Positions 1 to 23,297 of a stretch of DNA of 64,000 bases are shown here, one piece after another. The notes beneath the pieces are model-generated. The model did not search any database. It was not told the DNA's origin and saw only the letters and a program-made list of their open reading frames with translations. The position numbers and the translations under genes were made by a program. This DNA comes from Eledone cirrhosa (lineage: Eukaryota), in contig CAXHJY010000743.1 of NCBI GenBank assembly GCA_964016885.1, positions 1 through 64,000 on the forward strand, in the 5' to 3' direction. Position 1 is the stretch's first letter, and every line of letters starts with the position of its first letter.

Positions 1-2969
<2,969 letters not shown>

Positions 2970-3007
2970 TAAGAGAGTAAAACAAAGAATCCTTTAATAC
3001 ATCAAAA

Positions 3008-3064
3008 GTTTTTATTAGCCGACAATGTTTCGTCCTATTAAGGACTCATCAGGGCAATCAAAAC
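3008..3064 (-). ncRNA. Type I hammerhead ribozyme (left-arm copy)
   Basis: Exact reverse complement of 4011-4067. Confidence 0.85.
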
Positions 3065-3399
3065 AACAAGAGGTAATTTCGGCAGATACAAGCCAGAAAC
3101 TCTGAAGAATATGGAGTTTACATACACTAATGTCTTACAAAGATATACGATAATAAAAATGAAGATAAAAATAATAAAATTATAATAACTAAGGATGTAG
3201 ATAACATTAAGAACCATATTACAAATATAGTCCAAAGTCACCAACTTAAATCTAAACAAATTTGGTTATATAGAGCAGGAATTATATATAACACAGTATA
3301 ATACATTATAATAATAATATATCTATACCAACATTAAAATTCCAAATTAAAAATCAAAAGGTACAATATATACATGTATATATGTGCGCGCGCGCGCAC

Positions 3400-3465
<66 letters not shown>

Positions 3466-4010
3466 CTATTTTCTATTACACAGAAATTAAACCCTATTGG
3501 AAGTTTGAACATCAAAAATATCAAAAATAAGCATGGTAATAGTGAAAATAATGCTAATACATCTACCCAATATACATGAGGCAATATTTTCACTATTACC
3601 ATGCTTATTTTTGATATTTTTGATGTTCAAACTTCCAATAGGGCTTAATTTCTGTGTAATAGAAAATAGATATGTGTGTGTGTGTGCGCACATATATACA
3701 TGTATATATTGTACCTTTTGATTTTTAATTTGGAATTTTAATGTTGGTATAGATATATTATTATTATAATGTATTATACTGTGTTATATATAATTCCTGC
3801 TCTATATAACCAAATTTGTTTAGATTTAAGTTGGTGACTTTGGACTATATTTGTAATATGGTTCTTAATGTTATCTACATCCTTAGTTATTATAATTTTA
3901 TTATTTTTATCTTCATTTTTATTATCGTATATCTTTGTAAGACATTAGTGTATGTAAACTCCATATTCTTCAGAGTTTCTGGCTTGTATCTGCCGAAATT
4001 ACCTCTTGTT

Positions 4011-4067
4011 GTTTTGATTGCCCTGATGAGTCCTTAATAGGACGAAACATTGTCGGCTAATAAAAAC
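4011..4067 (+). ncRNA. Type I minimal hammerhead ribozyme
   Basis: Core CUGAUGA 4023-4029. Stem II GUCCU-UAAU-AGGAC 4030-4043. GAAA 4044-4047. Short stem III AC-AUU-GU. Cleavage triplet GUC 4052-4054. Stem I GUUUUGAUUGCC pairs with GGCUAAUAAAAAC. Confidence 0.87.
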
Positions 4068-4207
4068 TTTTGATGTATTAAAGGATTCTTTGTTTTACTC
4101 TCTTAATTTTTCGGCTCTGTTTAACTGCATTGAGCTATACCTTTTACTGTCATTTCTATAATACGAAGAGGGTGTTTGACTCAAACACGCTCCAGTATTC
4201 TAACCCT

Positions 4208-4290
4208 ATGTATATATATATATATACATGTATATATATATATATACATGTATATATATATATATGTATGTATATATATATATATGTATG

Positions 4291-4344
<54 letters not shown>

Positions 4345-4482
4345 TATGTATATGTATATATATATATGTATATGTATGTAAGTATGTATATGTATGTAAG
4401 TATGTATATGTATGTATATGTATATGTATGTAAGTATGTATATGTATATATATATATATATATGTATATAAGTATGTATATG

Positions 4483-4513
<31 letters not shown>

Positions 4514-4715
4514 GTATGTATCTATATATATATGTATGTATGTGTATATATATGTATGTATGTATATATATATGTATATGTATATATGTATGTATATGTA
4601 TATATATATGTATATGTATATATGTATGTATATGTATATATGTATGTATATGTATATATATATATATATGTATGTATATATATATATATGTGTATGTATA
4701 TGTATATATATGTAT
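4208..4715. repeat. (TA)n/(TATG)n microsatellite
   Basis: Direct inspection. Confidence 0.95.
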
Positions 4716-7088
4716 ATCATCATCATCATCATCATCATCATCAGGTTTAGCGTCCGTGTTCCACGCTTGCATGGGTTTGGACGGGGGTTTTCCCACTTGA
4801 GGCAAGAGTGGTTGTCTTGCTCGCATAGGACTGTCTGGCGGGTTTTCTACAGTTGGATGCCCTTCCTAACACCAACCACATTTACAGTGTGGGGCTGGGA
4901 GGTTTTTACCGTGTTGCCTACACGGCCACATTACAGCGTGGACTGTCTGGCGGGTTTTCTACAGCTGGATGCCCTTCCTAACACCAACCACATTTACAGT
5001 GTGGGGCTGGGAGGTTTTTACCGTGTTGCCTACACGGCCACATTTACAGCGTGGACTGTGTGTTTTTTGTCGTGACACCTACACGATCTCATTTGTTTCG
5101 GCCTGGATGTTGTGGGACCAACATAACTTTACATTGAAAGGGGCGGTGTGGGTGGGGTGGAGGTGGTGGGACGGGGGTGTGTTTTGATAGAGGTGCCTAC
5201 TGACTGTAGTAGGTTTTTACTTTGTATTTAGGTAAGGCGGGTCTTCTCTATTACTGAGTACCGCCAAAGGTCTCGGTCCAGTGACATTGTCTTGGAGAGG
5301 TGTAAGCGTGTGAGGTCGGAATTTATCAGCTCGTCCCATGTTTTTCTGGGTCTGCCTACTCCGTGGCTACCGTCTACCTTTATTGCCCTGCACTTTGTTA
5401 TACAGCTGTCGTCTTTCATGCGCATCACGTGACCGTACCAACGTAGCCTTCTCTCGAGTAAACAACATCTGATCCCTCTTATTTCTAATTTTTTCCTTAG
5501 TTCGTTTATGCTTTGCCGTTCACGTATATTACTATTGCACATCCAGCGGACCATGCAAGCTTCGTTCCTCTCTAGTCTGCGTATATCCTCTGCACACAAT
5601 GCCCAGGTCTCACTGCCATACAGCATTGCTGTTCGTATGCAGGCATCGTATAACCTGCCTTTCATTTTTAGGGAGAACCCTCTAGCGGCTAATAGTGGTA
5701 TAAGCTCTCTGAACTTTTTCCATCCAGTTCTGACTCTAGCTACTGTACTTCAGAGCACCCTCCCCCACTGCTGATTTTGTCACCCAGATAACGGAAGCTG
5801 TCCACTATTTCTATAGAACCCTCTGCGCAGTTGAAGGAGCTAGTATTTTGTGGGCACTTGCTGCTACTCATTGCACCAGAGCACCGGCCACATGTAAAAT
5901 CTATGTTCTTAGTTAGCTTACCTGTGATCCCACTACATCTTTTATGCACCCATACTTTGCATTTGGGACATAAAATGGAGTTTTCTACCTACGCCTTTCC
6001 TACACACTGAGCATGGCCATTTCCCCGATGGGACCGCCGCCTTATTTTCTTTCCTACAAACTAGAACTTTAGTCTTAGCCAGGTTAATTTTAAGGCCTTT
6101 TGATTCTAGGCCGTGCTTCCACGTTTGGAATTTCTTCTCTAGTTCGGTCATTGATTCAGCTATGAGCGTTAGATCATCTGCGTATAGGAGTTCCCATGGG
6201 CAGCCGGTCTTGAACTCCTCTGTTATAGCCTGAAGGGCAATAATAAATAGTAGGGGGCTAAGTACAGAGCCCTGATGGACACCAACTTTTACGCTAAACT
6301 CTTCACTATATTCGTTGTTAATTCTAACCTTACTGACTGTTTCTTTATACATGGCTTGTATAGCTCTCACAAGCCATTCGTCAACACCTAGTTTTCTAAG
6401 AGACCACCAGATTATGGAACGGGGGACTCTGTCGAAGGCTTTCTCCAAGTCGACAAAAGCTAAGTATAGGGGTTTACTTTTAGCTAGGTACTTCTCCTGT
6501 AGTTGTCGTACAATGAAAAGAGCGTCTGTGGTACTTTTGCCTGACACAAACCCGAACTGCATTTCATCTAGATCAATTCTCTCTCTGATTAGTTGCGCTA
6601 TTACTTTTTCCGTGACCTTCATGACCTGGTCGATTAATTTAATGCCTCTATAGTTACTCCTATCTAGGGCATCTCCTTTTCCCTTATAGCAGTTAACGAT
6701 GATGCTGCTACGCCATTCCTTCGGAACAACCCCATTCTGTACGACTTGGTTAACTATCCGGGTGACCATGGTGTGTCCCACCGAACCAGATGCCTTCAGC
6801 ATCTCAGCAACTATTTCCGAAGGCCCAGCCGCCTTACCCGTCTTCATATCTTTGATTGCCTTACTTATTATACTACCTTCAACTAACACTGCTGGTCCCT
6901 CTATTGGATCGATCTGGGGGAGACTGTCTTTCTCCCATTTGTTCTCCTCATTTAGAAGCCTTTCGTAGTGACACTTCCAAGCTACCTTCTTATCAGCGTC
7001 GGTGATGGCAAGTATGCCATCATCGTTAAGTACACACTTCTCCCCGACAATATCACGGTTTTCCTTGACACATTGCCTGGCAATCCTA
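4716..7088 (-). mobile_element. RTE-clade LINE, 5'-truncated, frameshifted ORF2 (RT plus PHD-like finger), (GAT)n tail
   Basis: ORF pieces ~7088-5942, 5949-5740 and 5665-5228 contain [45 protein letters not shown] and GRPRKTW. 3' UTR 5227-4745. (ATC)n on the + strand at 4716-4743. Confidence 0.93.
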
Positions 7089-7170
7089 TGTATATATATG
7101 TATGTATGTATATGTATATGTATATATATGTATGTATGTGTATATATATATATATATGTATGTATGTATG

Positions 7171-7201
<31 letters not shown>

Positions 7202-7208
7202 GTATATA

Positions 7209-7241
<33 letters not shown>

Positions 7242-7289
7242 ATATATATATGTATATGTGTATATATATATATGTATATGTGTATATGT
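7089..7289. repeat. (TA)n/(TATG)n microsatellite between two RTE copies
   Basis: Direct inspection. Confidence 0.9.
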
Positions 7290-7727
7290 ATCATCATCAT
7301 CATCATCGTTTAACGTCCGTGTTCCATGCTTGCATGGGTTTGACGGAGGGTTTTCCCACTTGAGGCAAGAGTGGTTATCTTGCTCGCATAGGACTATCTG
7401 GCGGGTTTTCTACGGCTGGATGCCCTTCCTAACACCAACCACATTTACAGTGTGGGGCTGGGAGATTTTTACCGTGTTGCCTACACGGCCACATTACAGC
7501 GTGGACTGTGTGTTTTTTTGACGTGACACCTACACGATCTCATTTGTTTCGGCCTGGATGTTGTGGCACCAACATAACTTTACATAGAGGGGGCGGTGTG
7601 GATGGGGTGGGGGTGGTGGGACGGGGGTGTATTTTGTTAGAGATGCCTACTGACTGTAGTAGGTTTTACTTTGTATTTAGGTAAGGCGGGTCTTCTCTAT
7701 TACTGAGTACCGCCAAAGGTCTCGGTC
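7290..7727 (-). mobile_element. RTE LINE 3' fragment (same family)
   Basis: Near-identical to the 3' UTR and the last codons ([16 protein letters not shown]) of the copy at 4716-7088; (ATC)n tail. Confidence 0.92.
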
Positions 7728-7759
<32 letters not shown>

Positions 7760-7828
7760 GTATATGTGTATATATATATGTATATATATGTATATATGTA
7801 TATATATATATATGTATATATATATATG

Positions 7829-7859
<31 letters not shown>

Positions 7860-7928
7860 GTATATATGTATATATATGTATATATATATATGTATATATG
7901 TATATATATGTATATATGTATATATATG

Positions 7929-7991
<63 letters not shown>

Positions 7992-8274
7992 GTATATATG
8001 TATATATATATATGTATATATGTATATATATGTATATATGTATATATGTATATATATGTATATATGTATATGTATATATGTATATATGTATATGTATATA
8101 TGTATATGTATATATATGTATATATATATATGTATATATGTATATGTATATATATATATGTGTATATGTATATATATATATGTATATATATATATGTATA
8201 TATGTATATGTATATATATGTATATGTATATATATATATGTATATATATATATGTATATATATATATGTATATG

Positions 8275-8306
<32 letters not shown>

Positions 8307-8324
8307 TGTATATGTGTATATGTG

Positions 8325-8355
<31 letters not shown>

Positions 8356-8970
8356 GTATGTATGTATATATATATATGTATGTATGTATATGTATATGTA
8401 TATATATGTATGTATGTATGTATATGTATATGTATGTATATGTATATGTATGTATATGTATGTATATGTATATGTATGTATATGTATATGTATGTATGTA
8501 TATGTATATGTATGTATATGTATATGTATGTATGTATATGTATATATATGCATATATATATATGTATATATATGTATGTATATGTATATATATATGTATA
8601 TGTATATATATATGTATGTATATATATATATGTATGTATATATATACATGTATGTATATATATATATATGTATGTATGTATGTATGTATATATATATATG
8701 TATGTATGTATATGTATATATATATGTATGTATGTATATGTATATATATATGTATGTATGTATATATATATATATATGTATGCGTATGTATGTATGTATG
8801 TATATATATGTATGTATGTATGTATATATATGTATGTATGTATATATATATATATATGTATGCATATGTATATATATGTATGCATATGTATATATATGTA
8901 TGTATATGTATATATATGTATGCATATGTATATATATATGTATGTATATATATATATATATATTTGTATG

Positions 8971-9001
<31 letters not shown>

Positions 9002-9262
9002 GTATGTATGTATATGTATATATGTATATATATATATGTATGTATATGTATATATGTATATATATATGTATGTATATGTATATATGTATATATGTATATA
9101 TATATATGTATGTATATGTATATATGTATATATATATGTATATATATATATGTATGTATATGTATATATGTATATATATATATGTATGTATGTATATGTA
9201 TATATATATATATATGTATGTATGTATATGTATATATATATATATATATGTATGTATATATG

Positions 9263-9293
<31 letters not shown>

Positions 9294-9336
9294 GTATATA
9301 TGGATATGTATATATATATATGTATGTATGTATATG

Positions 9337-9369
<33 letters not shown>

Positions 9370-9868
9370 ATATATATATATATGTATGTATGTATATGTA
9401 TATATGTATATATATATATATGTATATATGGATATGTATATATGTATATATATATATGTATGTATGTATATGTATATATGTATATATATATATGTATGTA
9501 TGTATATGTATACATATATATATATGTATATGTATATATATATGTATGTATGTATATGTATACATATATATATATGTATTGTATATATATATATATGTAT
9601 ATATATGTATATATATATATGTATATATATTAATTATATATGTATATATATGTATATATATATATGTATATATATTATATGTATATATATATGTATATAT
9701 ATTTATGTATATATATATATATTATATATGTATATATATGTATGTATATATGTATATGTATGTATATATGTATTGTATATGTATATATATATGTATGTTA
9801 TATATATATGTATATGTATATATATATATTGTATGTATATATATATATATTATATATGTATGTATATG

Positions 9869-9900
<32 letters not shown>

Positions 9901-10024
9901 TATGTATATATATATGTATATATGTATGTATATGTATGTATATATATATATATGTATATATATATGTATGTATGTATTTATATATATATATGTATGTATA
10001 TGTATGTATATGTATATATATATG

Positions 10025-10061
<37 letters not shown>

Positions 10062-10148
10062 GTATGTATATGTATGTATATGTATATATATGTATATATA
10101 TATATATGTATATATATATATTATATGTATGTATATATATATATGTAT

Positions 10149-10186
<38 letters not shown>

Positions 10187-10215
10187 TTATGTATTATATA
10201 TGTAGTATATATATG

Positions 10216-10254
<39 letters not shown>

Positions 10255-10309
10255 GTATATGTGTATATATGTATATGTGTATATATATGTATGTATATGT
10301 ATGTATATG

Positions 10310-10343
<34 letters not shown>

Positions 10344-10355
10344 TGTATGTATATG

Positions 10356-10386
<31 letters not shown>

Positions 10387-10440
10387 GTATATATATATAT
10401 GTATGTATATGTATATATATGTATGTATATATATATGTAT
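7728..10440. repeat. (TA)n/(TATG)n microsatellite
   Basis: Direct inspection. Confidence 0.97.
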
Positions 10441-10443
10441 GTA

Positions 10444-10720
10444 GATGTTTTCTCTTTCTCTTAATTTTGAGTATATTTTTGACCGGCCACCTTCCTGGTG
10501 GCAAGGTTGTAAAAGAAAAGAAATTGTCATCCCTTGAATCGCAAGAATGTTTTGCAAATTTTGAAGGTGCCAGCTATCGCAGCCATTTGTAGACTATGAA
10601 TTAGGGAGCTGCGCTTTTTGTCCGCAAATCCAAGTTCAGTCATACTTTGGTCCAAGCGGGTTGGTATATAACCCGTAGCACCAATAATGATGGGTATGAA
10701 GCTAAAGGTGTATCTTAGAT
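10444..10720 (-). mobile_element. 3' end of an R4/Dong-clade restriction-like-endonuclease (RLE) non-LTR retrotransposon
   Basis: Minus frame 10718-10527 reads [63 protein letters not shown]. This fits the R4-type C-terminal pattern IPIVIGALG.IP...LQKAALLGT..I. A short 3' UTR runs directly into (TA)n. Confidence 0.7.
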
Positions 10721-12967
<2,247 letters not shown>

Positions 12968-13229
12968 TACAGCAACAACAACAGCAACAACAGCAACAAC
13001 AACAATAACGACAACAACAGTGTGAACCACTCCTTGATTCATCAACAATAGCTGATCTACTAAATGAAACTATTGACCCCCCAGTAGCCTCTGTCTCACA
13101 GCATGAAACGCCACATCCTTTCTCTGGCCCAGCAGTCCAATCATCACCACTGCCAACATCTCTGCCTACTACTACTACTACTACTACAACATTTTTGTCT
13201 ACTGCTATGTCAAGGAATTTACCTTCTAA

Positions 13230-13700
13230 TACCAGAACAAGAACTCTCCCTCCACAGTCCACAAAGGTCGTCAAATCCTACCCAAACAATCATCCACACC
13301 TCTCACAACACCCACACCCACATACCCACCCACTCGAAACCCCATCATTTGCCGCTACTCTCTACGCTATAGAATATGTACGGATAGTGGCTGCAAATTC
13401 ACCCATTTACCTAGGACAAAACGATCTATCCCCACAAACAGCCACCACCATAATACATACTCTAATTTAACACCAACACAATCACCAATAACTCAAACAA
13501 GGAATCCACAAATCTGCCGTTTTTCCCTGCGAGACAGATTGTGTTTAGACCGGGATTGTCCCTTTACCCATCTCCCGGGGACCCGTCGGATAAATGAAAA
13601 TAAAATTAAAAATAAAAGCAAAAACCATAACCTACATAAAAATAACCACTACCACAGTCACCAACAGTCTTCTAAACAGGAAACTTCTCCTCTTTTTTAG
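13230..13700 (+). pseudogene. LINE ORF1 C-terminal part with two CCCH zinc fingers
   Basis: Stop-free frame lacking an ATG: IICRYSLRYRICTDSGCKFTHL (~13344-13409) and QICRFSLRDRLCLDRDCPFTHL (~13509-13574), both C-x8-C-x4-C-x3-H. Ends TTTTTTAG at 13700. Confidence 0.75.
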
Positions 13701-14888
13701 CCATAATGAATCTGGCAAAAGAACTGGAAAAAAACATTCGAGCTATCACCCAGCACCACCCTCCACTATCACCCCACTGCACAAACTCCCATTGCTGCCA
13801 TTAACAAACAAACAAATTAACAACACACCAAAACAATTAAAACCATCCACTCTCGCCTCTACATTTTTGCTTAACGCCCAAGGCATCAGCCCTTCCACCA
13901 ATACTCAAAAATGGAAGATCAAATTCCTGGAGGACTGATTGATGTCCATCCAAACCACATCCCTTTCTTCGTCCTCACTGAAACCCATCTCAGTAACCTC
14001 CACTTGGAAGCCGAGGTGAAAGTGAAAAATTTCAAAGCCATCCGTGCTGATCGCGCTGGCAGAAGAAAGGCGGAACTGCCATTTATGTCCATAATTCTTT
14101 CTCAACAGAGGCTATGAACATATTCACTAATGGATACTGTGAGGCAGTCACTGTATTCAGTCAAACCAACAACCTATTAGTAGTTGGGCTCTATAGGCCA
14201 CCCCAAACGCCTGTACCATGCTTCAAGGAATGCCTCAACAGCATAAAGTGTTTCATCCAAGAGTGTCACCCTGACAACATCTTAATGATGGGGGACTTCA
14301 ACCTCCCCGGAGTTGACTGGTCCACAAACACCCTGCCACCAGGTTCTTCTGCCTCAACCTCTGACAGGGAAGCTGTGGAATCGCTTCTTGACTTCATGGA
14401 TGATTTCTTCCTATCCCAACTAGTGCTCGAACCAACGAGGTGCCACAAAAACGTCCTAGACTTAATTTTCAGCAATCACACTGACAATATCCACAATATT
14501 GCAGTGGAGAAAACTCTACTCTCTGATCATGACATGGTTCTCTGTGATCTGAGATTCCACCGTCCAATATACAAACCCAATGTCATCTCTCCTGTCCATC
14601 CGTTTGACGCTATGGATTTCCACAATGCAAACTGGGAAGCGATCAGTCATGATCTTGCACATGTCGACTGGTCCTTCACGCACACTCATACACCCACTAA
14701 CATCAAAAAGTCCTGGCAGACATTTGTGGACACTGTTACAAACATATGTGCTAAACACACCCCATTAAGAACTATAAACAAATCTAAGAGCAGAATCCCT
14801 AGAAATAGAAAAAACGCTCATCAGAAAAATTAAGAGAACGAAGAAAAAAATCAACAAGCTGAAATACTGTCAGCAGCAACACATCAAC

Positions 14889-16811
14889 TTGACTGCCATT
14901 TCATCACTAGAGATTAAAAAACATAACCTCCAAAACAACATAATGTCCCTCATCAACAATCAGAGAAGAGCTGAAGAGGCCTGGGCCATTGAGAAGATCA
15001 AACTCAATCCCAAAGTGTTCTTTTCATTTGCAAAAAAACACAAAATCACTGGCTCTACTGTTGGCCCTCTAATTGATGAAAATGGCACTCTTCAAGACAA
15101 TGCTAAAACCATGGGTGAGATACTGCAGAAACAATACTGCTCTGTTTTCAGCAATCCTGATATGGCCGATCTGGGCTGTATCGGCGATGTTACTCCCCAT
15201 TACACCTTATTGGACATAACGTTTGGCGCCCCTGATGTCTTGGCGGCAATAAAGGAAATCAAGCATAATTCAGCAGTAGGTCCCGATAGGTTCCCTGCTT
15301 GTGTCCTGAAGGCGTGTCAACACCAACTTGCTTCTCCTCTTGCCAATCTGTGGCGGAACTCACTAGATGCTGGATATGTGCCAGAAAACCTTCTATCCCA
15401 GTCTGTTGTCCCAGTTTTCAAAAAGGGAAACAAATCCCTTGCCGTGAATTACCGTCCAATCTCACTCACCTCTCATATCATTAAGGTATTTGAGCGAGTG
15501 GTGAGATCGCGAATGACCCACTTCCTTGAGAGTAACAATATGCTGAACTCCAACCAGCATGGATTCCGTAATGGAAGGGATTGCCTGACGCAACTACTGC
15601 ATCACTTTGATGACATTTTGAGAGCCTTGGGAGAGGGTTCCAACACTGATGTTATCTACCTTGATTTCAGCAAGGCCTTTGACAGGGTTGATCATAACAT
15701 TCTACTGAGAAAGCTGTCCAATATTGGTGTCACTGGAAAGCTGCTGCAGTGGATCAAGAGCTTCCTGTCAAACAGAACCCAACATGTTGTAGTTGAGGGA
15801 GTCAAATCAAGCCCAGCCAAAGTCAGTAGTGGAGTCCCACAAGGCACTGTGTTGGGCCCACTTCTCTTCATCATCTATATTAATGACATCACTGACATCA
15901 TCAAACACAGCAACATTAAAATTTTCGCTGATGATTCCAAGCTCCAAAAGGTCATCAATGGCGTGGATGACCGGATAAGCCTTCAGTCAGACCTACTGGC
16001 TGTTACCCAATGGGCAGAAAAGAACAACATGTTACTGAACGAGGACAAATTCGAACTGATCCACTTTGGAAAAGAGGATGCTCTGAAACTCCCGTACTCC
16101 CTTCCCTCCGGGGAAACTCTCGTGGCATCTAACAACATCAGAGACTTGGGAGTAACCGTGGACAGCAACATAAGCTGGACCACGCATATAAGCAGCAAAG
16201 TTGACATGGCCCGCAGAATGTGTTCCTGGATCCTCAGAACCTTCCAGTCGAGAGATTCCCGCACCATTATCCTTCTCTTCTCTACTTTCGCCCGACCACA
16301 CCTTGAATACTGTTGTCCACTGTGGTCTCCCCACACGAAACAAGGTATCATGAAACTTGAAGCTCCTCAAAGGGCAATCACGAAAAAGATAGATGGCATG
16401 TCAGACCTTGACTACTGGGGTCGATTGGAAAACCTGAAACTTTACTCACTCCAACGTCGCCGTGAGCGTTATATTATCTGCATGATGTGGAAAATGTTCC
16501 ATCATCACTGCCCAAATGATGTTGGCATCGCCTTCAAGATACACCCAAGGCTTGGGCCCCGTGCTATCCGTCCCATTCAAAAATCTAAATCGCAACTCAT
16601 AACAACAATACGGCACAATTATTTCACCTCAATCGGCCCTGCTCTCTTCAACATCACACCAGGACACGTCAAAACAGAAACTGACCACTCAAAATTCAAG
16701 AAGTCTTTGGACAAATTCCTCCAAGTAATCCCGGACAAACCACCCACACCCGGATATGTCTCCGCAAACAGTAATTCTCTTCTCGAATGGGCCATGGTGC
16801 CCAAATCCTGA
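14889..16811 (+). CDS. LINE reverse transcriptase (ORF2 C-terminal 640 aa, uninterrupted)
   Basis: [71 protein letters not shown]. Confidence 0.9.
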   Translation: MTAISSLEIKKHNLQNNIMSLINNQRRAEEAWAIEKIKLNPKVFFSFAKKHKITGSTVGPLIDENGTLQDNAKTMGEILQKQYCSVFSNPDMADLGCIGDVTPHYTLLDITFGAPDVLAAIKEIKHNSAVGPDRFPACVLKACQHQLASPLANLWRNSLDAGYVPENLLSQSVVPVFKKGNKSLAVNYRPISLTSHIIKVFERVVRSRMTHFLESNNMLNSNQHGFRNGRDCLTQLLHHFDDILRALGEGSNTDVIYLDFSKAFDRVDHNILLRKLSNIGVTGKLLQWIKSFLSNRTQHVVVEGVKSSPAKVSSGVPQGTVLGPLLFIIYINDITDIIKHSNIKIFADDSKLQKVINGVDDRISLQSDLLAVTQWAEKNNMLLNEDKFELIHFGKEDALKLPYSLPSGETLVASNNIRDLGVTVDSNISWTTHISSKVDMARRMCSWILRTFQSRDSRTIILLFSTFARPHLEYCCPLWSPHTKQGIMKLEAPQRAITKKIDGMSDLDYWGRLENLKLYSLQRRRERYIICMMWKMFHHHCPNDVGIAFKIHPRLGPRAIRPIQKSKSQLITTIRHNYFTSIGPALFNITPGHVKTETDHSKFKKSLDKFLQVIPDKPPTPGYVSANSNSLLEWAMVPKS

Positions 16812-16972
16812 ATTGAAAGACTTCGCCAGGTGGTGCTATTAAGTTAGACATGGCCTGGGCCAATACTGGCCAAAACATTTCAAAGTTATTCAAAGTTATA
16901 TATATATATATATGTATATATATGTATATATATATATATATGTGTATAGATATATATATATATATATGTGTG

Positions 16973-17005
<33 letters not shown>

Positions 17006-17038
17006 GTGTATAGATATATATATATATATATATGTGTG

Positions 17039-17133
<95 letters not shown>

Positions 17134-17184
17134 ATATATATGTGTATATATATATGTATATATATATATGTATATATATATATA

Positions 17185-17406
17185 GTGAAGGTGTGTGGCT
17201 GAGTGGGTAGAGAATTGGATTCGCAATCGTAAGGTTGTGAGTTCGATTCCTGGACCAGGTGATGCGTTATGTCCTTGAGCAAGACACTTTATTTCACGTT
17301 GCTCCTTCTACCTGGAGTTGCGACCGATAGATAGTATTAGCAATTGGAAAGACCAACAAAAGCATTGTTCCCTCGGTCCGATTTGACGAAGGTCGATCGT
17401 TCCTTT
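17185..17406 (+). mobile_element. tRNA-derived SINE head plus ~100-bp atypical tail (copy 1)
   Basis: Pol III A box TGGCTGAGTGG 17196-17206 and B box GTTCGATTCC 17241-17250, followed by the SINE central-domain-like motif GTCCTTGAGCAAGACACTT. Confidence 0.82.
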
Positions 17407-22346
<4,940 letters not shown>

Positions 22347-22568
22347 GTGAAGGCGTGTGGCTGAGTGGTTAGAGAATTGGATTCGCAATCGTAAGGTTGT
22401 GAGTTCGATTCCTGGACCAGGTGATGCGTTATGTCCTTGAGCAAGACACTTTATTTCACGTTGCTCCTTCTACCTGGAGTTGCGACCGATAGATAGTATT
22501 AGCTATTGGAAAGACCAACAAAAGCATTGTTCCCTCGGTCCGATTTGACGAAGGTCGATCGTTCCTTT
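22347..22568 (+). mobile_element. tRNA-derived SINE head plus atypical tail (copy 2)
   Basis: Differs from 17185-17406 at 3 of 222 positions, with the same boundaries. Confidence 0.82.
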
Positions 22569-23249
22569 ATATATATGTATATATATATATGTATGTATAT
22601 ATATATATATGTATGTATATATATATATGTATATGTATGTATGTATATATATGTATATGTATGTATGTATATATATATATGTATGTATATATATATGTAT
22701 GTATGTATATATATATATGTATATGTATGTATGTATATATATGTATGTATGTATATATATGTATGTATATGTATATATATATGTATGTATATATGTATGT
22801 ATGTATATATATGTATGTATGTATATATATGTATGTATATGTATATATATATGTATGTATATATGTATATATATATGTATGTATATATGTATGTATATAT
22901 GTATGTATATGTATATATATATATATGTATGTATGGATGTATATATGTATGTATGGATATATATATATATGTATGTATATATATATATGTAAATATATAT
23001 ATGTATGTATATATATATATGTATATATATATATGTATGTATATATATATATATGTATGTATATATATATGTATGTATGTATATATATATATATGTATGT
23101 ATATATATATATGTATGTATATATATATATATGTATGTATATATATATATATGTATGTATATATATATATATATATATGTATGTATATGTATATATTTGT
23201 ATGTATATGTATATATATATATATGTATGTATATGTATATATATGTATG

Positions 23250-23297
<48 letters not shown>

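Larger units (their letters stand above)
2968..4207. mobile_element. Penelope-like element remnant: inverted pair of pseudo-LTRs (palindrome 2968-4107 plus unique extension to ~4207)
   Basis: Left arm 2968-3554 is the reverse complement of right arm 3581-4107, with a 26-nt spacer. The arms differ mainly by a (CA)n expansion at ~3385-3464. Each arm carries a minimal hammerhead. Inverted pLTRs with hammerheads are typical of Penelope-like elements. No RT or GIY-YIG ORF seen. Confidence 0.75.
12968..16898 (+). mobile_element. CR1-clade LINE: ORF1 remnant plus ORF2 (APE endonuclease and RT), 5'-truncated
   Basis: APE motifs LLNAQGI, LTETHL, GLYRPP, MMGDFNLPGVDW, LDLIF and SDHD (13850-14833, frameshifted). 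RT ORF 14889-16811. 3' tail (TTCAAAGTTA)x2 at ~16879-16898. Confidence 0.92.

Noticed and set aside
3038-4037. Two identical 73-aa hydrophobic ORFs on opposite strands
   Set aside because: They are the two palindrome arms; non-ATG start, AT-rich, no recognisable domain.
17185-17260. tRNA gene (also 22347-22420)
   Set aside because: A and B boxes are present, but the acceptor and anticodon stems do not pair well and a SINE body follows.
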